Assembly (NCBI RefSeq): GCF_036417845.1
Contig: NC_089978.1
Coordinates: 20,774,000-20,837,999, forward strand
DNA from: Apteryx mantelli
Lineage: Eukaryota
Reading direction: 5' to 3'
DNA length: 64,000 nt
Shown: in pieces, positions 48,933-60,751 of the stretch
How the letters are laid out: each line of letters begins with the position of its first letter
How positions within the stretch are numbered: position 1 is the stretch's first letter
Program-made: the position numbers and the translations under genes
The notes under the pieces: generated by a model
What the model saw: only the letters and a program-made list of their open reading frames with translations
Told to the model about the DNA's origin: nothing
Databases searched by the model: none

Positions 48933-51900
48933 TGTGTAAGTACAGTGAATAAGAACTACAAATTCATAGCATTATGAAGGGCATTATTTCAAAAGTTTTA
49001 AGGAAAGGACTAAATTGTCACTGTAATATAAATTTATCACAACTAGAAGTCTTTACTGATGTGGGGTGGGGTTTTTTTGTTTGTTTAAACTTAGGTAAGC
49101 TTTCTGATTTTCAAATGAGTTTAAATGTTGGGGGGGGACTATAAAGGATAAATATTAAATATTTTGACCAGATTTTTTTTACCATGATCCCTGCTACGGA
49201 CACTTCCACCTTTCTAAAAAGCTGTTATTCTCTGCAGAGAATTTTTTTTTTTAACTTGCAAATTACTGAAGCCCACAGTATAGTTTTAAGAATCAACAGG
49301 GACTGAAACAAAGAGAGCTAAGTTCAGGCAATGTAACAGGAAGAGCTTTTGCTACTAATCATTGAAGAAGAAAAATTGCAGATGGTTGGCAGTGTATGCT
49401 ACCCACAGTCATAACAAGTTGTTCATTATGAGCATTTTATCTCCATGTTCTGTGCCAGTGGTTCTCAGACTGAGATCCATGATATTGTGATAAAATTTAC
49501 TGATATCCATACATTTAGTCAAACATGGACAAATTTAGTGAAAAGCTTCACTGCCATATGGTAGCTGCAAAAAATACTGAGGACTGATAATGATGTAATT
49601 CTCAAATTTTTTTGCCCAGCACTACTTTAGTCCTTTTCCTTTCCCTTTAATGAGCTCTCTTCTGATCTACTTTTATAGATAATACTCTCTAGACTTCTGA
49701 ATCTTGAAATAGCAAAACTGTATATTTACATTTCAATCATTCTTTACCTTAGAGCCTTAAATATTGTCTTGTGATATCCTTTTTATAAGAGTATATGAAA
49801 TAAATGTAGAGAAATAAAGAACTAGATATAAGAGCTAATGCTGGGCACACTTGTTTAAATTATCTCCTTTTAGAAGACTTAAGAGAAGGTGATAGTCTTA
49901 TTCCTGTGATGTAACTCAAGTTTGTGTTTCAGGCATATTTGGTGACAGACTTCTCCAGTACTGGCGTCTTAATCAAGAACGAAAATGGGGGGGGAGGATT
50001 GTTACTTTATCCCCCCCCCCGAATGCACTTGTATTGCTATGTTTCCTGTTTTCAGAAATGTTCAGATTCATGTGTTTTGTGTGTCCTTGCACTTCCTCCC
50101 CACTCCCAGAGATGCAGCATTCATTTGAAAGGTGTTAGAATAAACACTAGCTTGCTGAACATGCATCTGAAAGTTTGGTTTTTGGGTGTTTTTTTGTTTG
50201 TTTGTTACTGGTATAGTCAGTAAGGTTTTTTGGATGTGCCTTTATTGTGCTAGTGTAGTGTGTTTTTTACGTTTGGAGCTCAGCCTCTGCAGTTTCCTCG
50301 TGGAGAGTTTTGTCTAGATTAGCAAGGAAAAAAGTACAGGAAATCAGTGTAGTAAAATTCAAGTCTTAATGTCATACAAGGCGAAGGTGATACTCCTTTT
50401 AAACAAAACTGGTTTCATCTACTCGGTCATTTGCTTAGAGATCTTCATAGCACTCACCCCCACTTCCTCACAAGCACCTAAGTACACGTATCTAGCTGGG
50501 TTGGCCAGGATTGCTCACCTGCAACGCAGAGGACAAGCCATGAATCCTCATTACAACAAGCTGGGTCTTGGATAGGTCTTCTGTACCTACTAGGAAACCG
50601 CATTACTATGGCAAGAGTATTTTGCTTCAGTCTTGCTTGCTTGATCCTCCACAAATCTTGGGCAAGGTTTCTGTCCACTTTGTGTTTCCTTATTTTGGTA
50701 TTTTTAAGGGCTACAGTCTGACCTCCTGTTTGGAATAGCAGAAGGGGGAATGGCACTTACACTGAAAATAGAAGGACAACATTAAGGTACAATGGAGTGT
50801 AAGTTCTCTTAATACAGACAACACTTTTTGTGTTCACTAGTGCCAGCTGTAAATCCTCTCCTTGATTATCAATACATGCTCTTATTTTAAACCTTTATCT
50901 ATATTGTTTCTTCAGGTACTTCTACAAAGAAACACTTCCATTCCTATAAATCTTAGTATTTGTTAGAAGTATCTTCAAAAGGATAACAGCTCCATTTGAG
51001 TACCTTCTTGCAGGGGGTGGGGTGAAAATATGTTTTAACAGCCTTTTACCACTTGAACTGCTTTCGCTACTTCATTGCAATCAGAGAACCTATGGCAGAA
51101 GTGTCTCCTTTTTGCCTTTGTAAAGATTAGAAAAAGGTGTGTTATCTTTCACAGCAAATACTTCTTGAGCTGAACAAATATGATTTAATCTCTCCCCCTT
51201 TGTCCATTGTGTTAGTAACTGGAACTGAACTGGTCGGCGGGGGGGAGGTTGCCCTTGGTCTTCTGCCAATTTAGCAAGCTGACCTGAGTTACAGAGATAG
51301 CAAGATTGTCCCTTTTAGGCTGCTGTATCAGACCAGCTTGTGTTATTGAATTATACCCTTATGCTTGTCCCTTCACTCAAGATCACATGAAAGCAAGAGC
51401 AGAACATTTTTATCTCTGGAATTCACAGCATGCCTGTTCTGTAGCAGGAACATTGTGTGGTTTTAGTACATATCTGGTCTACATCATTTCTGAGAATATG
51501 TGCTATGCTCTTGCTAATATCCTATAGAGCTGTTGTGTGGTATCTTCAGAAACTGATGTTTGTCACCTTACTTTCATTAAAAAATTGATAAGGGCCTTAA
51601 AAGGCAGCTCTTATGTAATTCTGATCTCTTGAAGACTGCCAGAAAGCATGTGAACTCTCAACCAAGCAGCTTCTACTTAGGAATAAGCAAGTGAGTGTAG
51701 TTCCACTACTACAAGTTGCCTTACCCCTTGAGTAAGGGCACAGGCTGTAACTACAGAGCTTTGCTTTCCATAAGGAGAAAGGGGGGCCTGGGGGAAAGAA
51801 GGTGAAAGTCATCTAAGCAAAAGGTAAAGAATGAAGCAAACGTTTCAGCGTCTGCTGCAATGCAGCAGACACACTGACAGTAATGACAGCTTGTCTGTGG

Positions 51901-52494
51901 ACTCTAGGGAATTCTTAAAGACAAATCAGCTTATAAAACTCTCAGGCAAAAAAAGAGGATGAGATGACCCTTGTTGACTACAGATGTTTCCCTCCACTTT
52001 TTTCATGAGTATCTGGGAAATTGAGCTATCCCACAGTCCCACCCTGTCCTAGCCTTATGAATAAAGCTGAACATTTACGGAACTTACTTTGGGATCTGTT
52101 TCCTAATTACGGGATGAAAAGCAAATAAGCTAATGAAGGAAGAAAAAGAATAGTCTATGGCTGAGTGAAAAGAAATACTGACACTCATTCATTCTTTTAA
52201 GTCCAGTGGTAAAGAAAACCAATACCTAGTCTAAGTCTGGAATAATTCCCTAATTCCAGTCTTCTACAGTATTCTACAGCTCATAGGAGTTCCAGCAACA
52301 CAGCCTTTTAGCTTAAAGTGTCTTTTCCCTTAGGCCTCTAACATAACTACAGAAGTTTGATCAATTTTCACTAACAGTTGAGTTAACACCCTCTAAACTA
52401 CACATGACAGAATATTGAATTGATAAACTGCTTCCTAAAAGTAGAAGAGGGGGCAAGACTGAAGAATTTATATAAGGAAAACCACTGATACAGT

Positions 52495-52630
52495 AAAACC
52501 CACTGAAAAATAAATTTATTTCAGGAAAACTATAAAGAACATATACACAACTTTAAGCTTAAAGGGAGTTTTTGTTTACAGAAATGTACATTATTTTTGC
52601 TGCTAACACTTCCAGTAGTTTCCGCACCAA
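52495..52630 (-). other. CENPJ: CENPJ 3' UTR (approximate) with AATAAA poly-A signal
   Basis: + strand tttatt at 52515-52520 is a minus-sense AATAAA about 110 nt after the stop. Cleavage is expected ~15-25 nt further downstream (about + 52490-52500). The 3' UTR end is approximate. Confidence 0.6.
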
Positions 52631-52823
52631 CTACAACTTGGTGTCCATGATAATATTACCATCCTTGTCCTTTACTCTTACTCTCCCAGAGACATACTTT
52701 GTTTCCTGATGTCCATTCATATACACAGTCTTCACAGTACCATCTGGATACTCCCGTCTCTTGAACTGTGATGTGTGCAGTTCTCTCTGGCCGTTATTAA
52801 ACTCTATAGTTTTGCTTCCATCT
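52631..52823 (-). CDS. CENPJ: CENPJ terminal coding exon (coding part; stop TAG = + cta 52631-52633)
   Basis: Minus sense: acceptor tttaatgcag|AGATGG (+ ctg 52824-52826). Peptide (R)[63 protein letters not shown]. Confidence 0.9.
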
Positions 52824-53432
52824 CTGCATTAAATAATACATTTTTATTAATATTTTTTAAAAATCATTTAAGTCATATATAGACTAAAGTTTACTCTCAG
52901 GACTAATATTAAACATGCAAGCCTAAATGAAGAAAGAACTTCAAAAATATAACACTTGTGGAAAGTCTGTTTTGTTAAATCTCATCCCAACCAGTTGGTA
53001 TGCAAAATCATGTTTCTGAGAAACCAGCATGACTTCTTCATATTTCACATATCTACCTCATTTTTTTCTGCACTAAATCTAATGCTGCAACAGTCCAGGG
53101 AAAATTTAAAACTCAATGTTTTGAGGCTAGACTTGCTTGAGGCACCCAAACTACACTCTTAAGTGTTCTCTGGAATTATGCACAAGTCAGGAAGATCTTT
53201 CAGCTGAAAGCTTAAGAAAACATACATAGACATTCAGTCTTCTACATCTCCTGCAAGCTACAAAGAGGGAAAACTTAAAATATCAAGAGCAAATCCATGT
53301 TCACAGTACAGTACATTTAAATGTAAGGTGTCAGAAGTAGATAGAAATACCACTATATACTGCATCTGTTAGCTAAAAACTACTACTTTCTCATCAACCA
53401 ACAGTCCATGGTACCTTTTAAGCTAAAGCTTA

Positions 53433-53651
<219 letters not shown>

Positions 53652-53736
53652 CTATTTGCCCATTTGAAAATTGCAAGACCTCTAAGCCATCGGAGTATGT
53701 AGTATGTGTCGTCTTAGCATCAGCATAATAATAGAT
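53652..53736 (-). CDS. CENPJ: CENPJ coding exon (G-box/TCP10 repeat)
   Basis: Within ORF-track 53602..53805 (minus). Acceptor tttatgcag|ATC; donor AAATAG|gtaaag. Peptide [28 protein letters not shown](E). Confidence 0.9.
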
Positions 53737-53778
53737 CTGCATAAAACAGTGCATATTAATATATCTGGCCACAAATTT

Positions 53779-53800
53779 TGTGTGTGTGTGTGTGCGCGCG
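53779..53800. repeat. (TG)n(CG)n microsatellite
   Basis: tgtgtgtgtgtgtgtgcgcgcgc read directly, in a CENPJ intron. Confidence 0.85.
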
Positions 53801-53854
53801 CTCATGCACGCAAATATGTATTTATAGAGAAATGCAGAAGATTAGCATACATAC

Positions 53855-53995
53855 CACTGTTTGATCAGGCATAACTTGCTTCACATCTCCATTAAAGAAA
53901 GTTATAGTTATGGTCTTCCCATCAGAACTCACTTTTTTCCATGTCCCATTGGGGAAAAATATGAGGTGACAGCCATTTTTTAAAACCTTTTCAAC
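53855..53995 (-). CDS. CENPJ: CENPJ coding exon (G-box/TCP10 repeat)
   Basis: Minus sense: acceptor ttctttag|GTT; donor ACAGTG|gtatgt. 141 nt. Peptide [47 protein letters not shown]. Confidence 0.9.
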
Positions 53996-54105
53996 CTAAA
54001 GAATAGGTTACAGAGAAGTCAATATTTACCATCAGATTCACATACCCATAAAGCTTTCACAACAGCTGTCCTGTAGAATTTCAGAGTAGCAAGCTCTCAT
54101 TTTAC

Positions 54106-54204
54106 CTTTCCATCAGGATAAGCAATTTCTTTCTGTATCTCTTCACTGCCTGTATATGCAGGTACAGATGGTACTGAAACAAGAGTTTCATTAGGAGAGG
54201 TGTC
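54106..54204 (-). CDS. CENPJ: CENPJ coding exon
   Basis: Minus sense: acceptor aatgacatttcag|GAC; donor GGAAAG|gtaaaa. 99 nt, phase 0 to 0. Peptide DTSPNETLVSVPSVPAYTGSEEIQKEIAYPDGK. Confidence 0.8.
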
Positions 54205-54899
54205 CTGAAATGACAATAGTAATCTAAGCATAAACTGAAACCAAGCCTTGTCTTTATACAGCCTTTTCTGGGCTGACAGAAAACAAGAAATATGAGGAGA
54301 GGAAGCCTAGAAAGGCATAAATTAGGTTTTATGCAACTTGTAGTATAATGTAAATAAGATTAAACTCAGGCTCAGCTATAATTTGTCATCTGTGGTCACT
54401 TTTTTCTGGATTAAAATGGAATTCATTATAGCATTTCAGCATGGTGCCCAAATGACCAAAGTCATCCTTATCAAGGTATGAAACAATTGAAGTTTCATAA
54501 AGCCTAAATGCTACCTACAGCAATTAATGTTAGAATGAATTCAACTACTCGCAAGATTCTTGCCTCTTCCCCCCCATATGGAGCATATAAATATCCAGCT
54601 TTTTCCCCCTCTCCAAAGTAAAAACATTTTTCAAAATTCAAGGGGGTAGCAGCTTATCATCATTTTATTTTCTTTCCTCAACCAGAGGAGGCTGTGAATA
54701 CTAGACACAAGTAAAACATTCTGTATTGATTACTGCATAATCGTTTTCTGGTTTGATAACGACATTGCTGTTAAAGAACATAAGAAAGTTGAGTCAACAG
54801 CTTCATAAGTCACCCTCCAAATACTCATTTAAGTGCAAATAACTGTACTACTGTTTTTATTTGTTTTCCTTTAAAACCAAATCAAGATACAGGACTTAC

Positions 54900-55000
54900 T
54901 TCCATAAAAGTCCTAGAAGCATCCTCAGGTGCCACCACTGTTTCATCCGAGTTGTTTCTATCATTAGCAGGTGCTGACTTAGGTATTCTAGAAAGCCTTC
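54900..55000 (-). CDS. CENPJ: CENPJ coding exon (linker before G-box)
   Basis: Minus sense: acceptor ctgagtag|GAAGG (+ ct 55001-55002); an alternative acceptor is ttctag|A at + 54988-54989. Donor ATGGAA|gtaagt. An in-frame TGA just upstream bounds the frame. Peptide (G)RLSRIPKSAPANDRNNSDETVVAPEDASRTFME. The KSAP motif resembles human ...RRSKSAPPRD. Confidence 0.65.
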
Positions 55001-56026
55001 CTACTCAGATATATGTAATAAAGTTAATTTATACAGAAAAACTACAATTTAAGTGTAAAAGTAATCATAAATATACATGAGGTCAAGCTGTACAGGATAC
55101 CTACATTTCTTACGTGCAGTAGACACTGAAAGCAGTACCTTTATGAAAAGAATCAGCATAAGCCAACTCCTTCAGGGATATTACTGCTTTGTATATCAGC
55201 AAGAAGCCACAACTGAAGCAGCATTGCAACAATCATAATACCTGCACCTTCTCTATTGCTTTATTTCGATAGATTTACAAAGGAGTTTTTTCCTAACAAC
55301 CTAGATGATAGATAACTTAATGTTTTTATTAGTTATACTTTACAATGAATAAAGCAAGACTGATGTAATCTTTTAACAGGGACTGATTGGCAGATTTTTC
55401 CCATGTCTCTCCCAGCATGCCAGAAGGATTACCAAAATAAAACCAGCGAGGGCTTCAGTTCTGGAGTGCACGCCTCTAACAGAGAGCATAAGGTTGGTTG
55501 TCTTTAGCACCCTAACAGGAGAGGTTATTTGATTACTCCATATTTTATTATTCATTGTGAACAGGTACAGCTGCCAACAGCATTGGTTTATTACTATGAA
55601 AAGAAGGAAACCAAAGAACAGCAGTACTGTCCACTGCTATGGCATTGCCCATATGCTTACAGGTGCTGTTAGTGGAAGGCTCTGGAGAGAGGCAGTAGTT
55701 CTGATGCTATCAACTTAGTCATCTGATCGACACCCGCTGCTGGGAGAACGTCAGCGATCAGTGCCATTTTAGATTACAGAACGCAGCTTCTGGTATGCCC
55801 CAGACCACCAACATTATCGGAAGCACTTGCACTCCAAGAATGGCATCATCACAGCTTTATCCCTAATCTTACCCTGGAAAGTATTTATCCATACATTTAA
55901 GTCCACTTCAACTATTCTCAACCTACTTTTTAGTTGGTGATGCACTCTATTTAATACAAACAAAAATCCCCAGTTATTTTCTTCAAAAGGGTTAACAGAA
56001 TTCTGTGATTAAGCAAACATTTATAC

Positions 56027-56126
56027 CTTTTGCCCATGAATAACTTTTGCCACTTATCTTGCTGCACTTTTGTGCTGGAAGAAGTGGAGATGGCGTTTGA
56101 CTTTTCTGGCCTCTATTGGGCAGACG
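56027..56126 (-). CDS. CENPJ: putative CENPJ coding exon (S/P/K-rich linker)
   Basis: It is inferred to reconcile phase: the upstream exon ends in phase 0, while the downstream exon (homology-fixed frame ...RIPKSAPANDRN...) needs a 1-nt carry. Minus sense: strong acceptor ttccttctag|CGT; donor GCAAAAG|gtataa. 100 nt, open. Peptide RLPNRGQKSQTPSPLLPAQKCSKISGKSYSWAK(G). There is no independent homology support. Confidence 0.45.
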
Positions 56127-56776
56127 CTAGAAGGAAGTTAATGAGTTAGTTGTGGTTTACATGATGTTTATTCATAACTGTTCATACACTTGCAATAAAA
56201 CTTATCAACACACACCATCTGACAGGAAATTTACTGGAAGCTTTCTACACAAACATTGTACCAAACATTTTTGAGGTTTAGTCAGCTGCGGGGCTTGTAT
56301 AATGTAGCCCAAGGTATATTTTGGAACTCTTCCCCTGTCTGCTGCCTTACTACCAACAACTACAGAATGTTAATTTGGCATAAGTAATCCAGAGTAATAG
56401 TTACAGCAGTTGCATTTAGTTTTGAAACTAACTAAACAGTGGTGAACTGGCTGGTTTGCCTGGATCATCCTTAGAGTTCAAAAGTTTTCAGGTTTGATCC
56501 CATCCATTCATTTTCCTCATATAATTGCATCATTTTGAATTTTTAAGTAGATAAGTTGCTAAAGAGAATGGAAGTTGCATACCGCGAACACTTACATTTG
56601 GACAGAATTGGACATAAACAACATTCTGTGTTTGTCACCACTAGTAGAGCCCCAATATTATTAAATTAAAGGAAGCATCTAGGTCGTGTCTATTAGATTC
56701 CAAGCTCATGATCCAAAACACTCAGTATTCACACACACACACGCTCAATTTAAAACACCTAAGATGAATAACTTAC

Positions 56777-57013
56777 TACAGATTCTGCTCTTTTTATCCC
56801 AAAATTTTCAATTTTCCTCTTGTTTCCAGCAGCTTCAACTTTCTTCCAGGCTTCTAGACGAAACCTCTCCATAATTTTGACTTCTTCTTTTAGCTCCAAA
56901 TTCTCATTTACTAAAGCTTCTATTTGATCTCTAAGACGTCGCTGAGTGGTTAACCATTTCGTCTCTTTTTGTTTTATATCTTCCTGTAACTCTGCAATCT
57001 GCTGTTTTAAAGC
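56777..57013 (-). CDS. CENPJ: CENPJ coding exon (coiled coil)
   Basis: Within ORF-track 56759..57028 (minus). Acceptor tttttctaag|GCT; donor TCTGTA|gtaagt. Peptide [79 protein letters not shown]. Confidence 0.8.
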
Positions 57014-58020
57014 CTTAGAAAAATGCATGTTTGAAATTTAAAAAGGTGTATTTTTTAATATACTAAAAGATGTTAATGTTCTAATAAAAATTTACAAGCA
57101 CAAAAAAGAAGCCCAAGAGACAGTGACAAAAAACAGGTAAGATCTGCTTAATGACAGAGGTTGAGAGGTAGAAGTTTTCTTTCCTGAAAGAGATATTACT
57201 TACTTTAGACTAACAACTTTTTAATCTCAACTTCAATCACAGGAAGTGCCTTATGCCCCTCTCAGCACCCTTTGCACTTCAGAGACTGGCCAGCACAAAT
57301 ACTCAAGAGTCAGAAATGTTAAATCTTTAATGCTACCTAGAGAAGATCCTTCAAAAATCTTGGCATGGGAGAATAGGGAGGGCACAGTCACATAAAACAC
57401 ATGAATCTGTCTAGCCAGATCGTTTAGCAAGTGACATTACTTCAACAGATCAAAGCAAGTTAGGAAATTCAACAAATAACTGTATGGGGAAAGGGGAAAT
57501 CCATGTGATGTTTAATACAACTTGTCTGTACATCTCAATTACTACACATCCAGACAATCATGAGGCAAATGGATCTTGTTTCTTACATCTCTGACATTTA
57601 AAGACCAACAAGTAATCACAAAGCATAACTGTGAAAACTGTAGAAGGTAACTATTTTCACTATGGAAAAGTCATAGAGGGAAACACACTTGAATACAGTT
57701 TCATTTTGCATTTTGATCCACTACCATGAGTAAAAACTTGCAACTTAATATTAACTAGAGTAATTTTCTGTCAGAGTTCAGACCATTCTGCTATAGTTAT
57801 GAGCACTTCCTAGTATGGAAGCAGGACAAAAAAAGTTGCTCATCAGGGTGGTTTTTTTGCCTTAAAACCCTCAAACATGATATTATAAAGACTAAAATTC
57901 CTAACTTGAAATCACTTGCAATCTTCCAAATTAAGCTAGAATTTAGTTCTCAGCCTCCTTTAAATGGATTTAGGTTTTTCCCCACATAGACTAGAAGAAT
58001 AAGAATTAACATTTTCATAC

Positions 58021-58186
58021 CTGAATTTCATCACGTTCTTTTTTATCTGGAATTGCTCTAGCTTCTGTAGTGTATTTTTCAAAAACTTTACGCTCTTTTT
58101 GCAGTTTTTTCATTTCTTTCTTTTTATATTCTTCTATTTCAGCCAGTTCTTGGGCTTTCTGCTGTTGAAAGTCTGCAATTTCTTTC
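58021..58186 (-). CDS. CENPJ: CENPJ coding exon (coiled coil)
   Basis: Within ORF-track 58015..58224 (minus). Acceptor aattatag|G; donor ATTCAG|gtatga. Peptide (R)[55 protein letters not shown]. Confidence 0.85.
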
Positions 58187-59090
58187 CTATAATTATAAAA
58201 CAAATCCTTCTGTTTTAGTCCCAATCTACCTCACATCTGGGTTTGAAGTGAGAAAATTAAGACACTTATTAAGACATGAATTTGGTGGAAGTTGATTTAA
58301 AATTAGGATCTTTTACCCCCAGGAAGACTGTACTATAAACAGTACTACTTTTTAAGAAATAAGAACTGTGACACAGCCAGTACTTGAAGTCCAACAATTC
58401 CCATCTTCATATCTTCTACTCACAAAAGTTGTCCTGAATTCACCAAAGCTTTGGCTAGCACCTGCCAACGTTCCTTAAAACGGCAGAATATCTTACCCGA
58501 AAAAGTATTGTGAAAAAAAAAATCTGCTAACAACAGCAGGTCACAAATTAAACATTAGCCAGCAACATGATGCTGTTTCCAAAACAAAATGAAAGTGACT
58601 TTAGTTTATAGGAAAAGATGTGCTACATATAAGTCACCAGAGATAATTACTCTGCTCTATTTGTCACTTGTAAATCCCCCAGTTCAAATCAAAACATTCC
58701 CAGTTTGTGCACACAAACATCCAATCCAAAAGAAGAGCATCAACCATGTTAGCCTGAACATTAGCTTAGCAAAACCAATTTAAGACTATTTTATCATTCA
58801 AAACAAAAGAATACAGAATAAAATACTGTCATATATAAGCCTGAGGATATCACATTAAACCAAGAGGGGTTCTTAATGTTATTCCTAGATTAGCACTTCA
58901 TGTATGAGTAATAATTACAGTTTAACATGTATACTGAGCAACCACCAGTTGCTTGACCTATGTCTCCACTGTTACTGAAACACACCAATTAAATATCTAT
59001 GTTGCTGTAATACTATCTAGGTAGGAACAGAATATGGCAGTCTGGAACATACTAAGTGAATACACAAAAATATTTTCAGTTAAAAGTTAC

Positions 59091-59223
59091 CTGAGATTTG
59101 CCAAGGCATACTCTCTTTCTTCACGGAGTCTAGTTAGAGTTGCATTTTCAGCTCTGAATCTCTCAATTTCAGTTTCCAGTTCAGTGAGTCTCTCTTTCAA
59201 TATCTGGGATGGAACAGTGTTTC
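59091..59223 (-). CDS. CENPJ: CENPJ coding exon (coiled coil)
   Basis: Minus sense: acceptor ttgctag|GAAACACTG (+ ct 59224-59225); donor AATCTCAG|gtaact (+ ac 59089-59090). Phase 1 in, 2 out. Peptide (G)[43 protein letters not shown](R). Confidence 0.8.
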
Positions 59224-60751
59224 CTAGCAAAGAACAAGATCCAAGTTATCTAAACAGTGTTCATATAAAGATTCAAGTAAGCAACTATCCCACATTAGTA
59301 AAATCAAATTATACTATTTTTAAAATAGTAATATTATTGCAAAAAAAATTCTAATATTAAAATAATACAGAAAGTGACAATATTTTAAAGCACCCTGCAC
59401 TATTAACTTAGGCACCTTGAATAGCAAGCATATATCCATTATCTTCATAAACCTAAATATATATTAGGAATTGGAATTTGAAGCAGGTTTTCATGTCAAG
59501 CTAGAGAAATTAAGTGAAAGGATGATAAGGACAGAGTTACAACCAAGAATCAAACAGGAGAGATTATGGTCATAAGCTTTCCCAAGTTTTACTCCCAAAG
59601 TCTGCTCACATGCATCACTGAAGTGAAATCTATTGCAGAGACCCATAAGAGGATTTGCAGGCTTCTTTGCCCTCTCGGTTTCCTCTTCAGTCACGACTTA
59701 ACTTTCCTAGAGTTTTAATGGTCTGCTTCTAGGTAGGCAAGAGAAGTGCCTAAGTTTTGATGGCACAGTGTAGCTAGTTGCCACATTCAACCTTAAATGC
59801 CACAGAGATTCAGTAAATACCTACCCCTCTTATTCCCTGCAAACAAGATCTAGTAGGCATCTTTAGGCAACCCTACAAAATCAGCTCTCCACAAAACATA
59901 AACAGAATAGAAAGCAGCAGTTTTCATATGAACTTTCCATAAAAAAGAGAAAAAAAAATCCTTAACATTCTTTGGAGCAAAGCCTGAAATCAAGATTTCA
60001 TTACCTCCCAGAGGAAGGATTTCCTCCCGGAGGAAAGATTTAAACACTAGGCTATGCTGTCAGGCTCCCATTGAACAACTGCATTTTTAACAATCTCGCA
60101 GCTGCAACAGCTTCAACAGGAGGTTTCACAGGCAGTCCTTCCCCAGACTATAACCTTATACTTAAAACAGCTGAAATCAGCTTGGGCAGAGCAGGAGAAT
60201 GAATCTAGGTTTCCCATATTCCATGTGAGTTCTGTATTGTACTGTTAGCTGAAAACAGAGAAAGGGCTGCCACATACTCCTATGCTGTAAGAGGAACAAC
60301 CTAAGCTAACAGGGCATGGCATTACCCTACTGTGGTGTGAACACACTCTACCACCAAAAAGGGAGGTTCTGCTTCATTTTATGCACCCCTTTGTTGCTTC
60401 CCTTGATTTGGAACCAATGATCAAGCAGCTTCAGATTAAGTTAGTACAATGTGCTGGTCTGATAGAAAACTAGCCTTCAGAAAGAAACTAATTTTATTTA
60501 TAAACAAGTAAATAAATGTCCACTGATCTTACTCATCCTGCAAGCTGCACAATTGCTAGATCTGACACAAGGAGAAACAGCAGACATGCAACTGGGAGAG
60601 GAGATGAAGGATAAGGCGGCAGCCATTCCCTCCAGCAGAAGTCCATACTTACACCCTTTGGTGTAATGTCAAATTGTATCTCACATCTTAGAAGGAAAGA
60701 CTTTCAATACATTTCCTCTTCAATATTTCCTACCAGTTACTGTTTTCTCAC

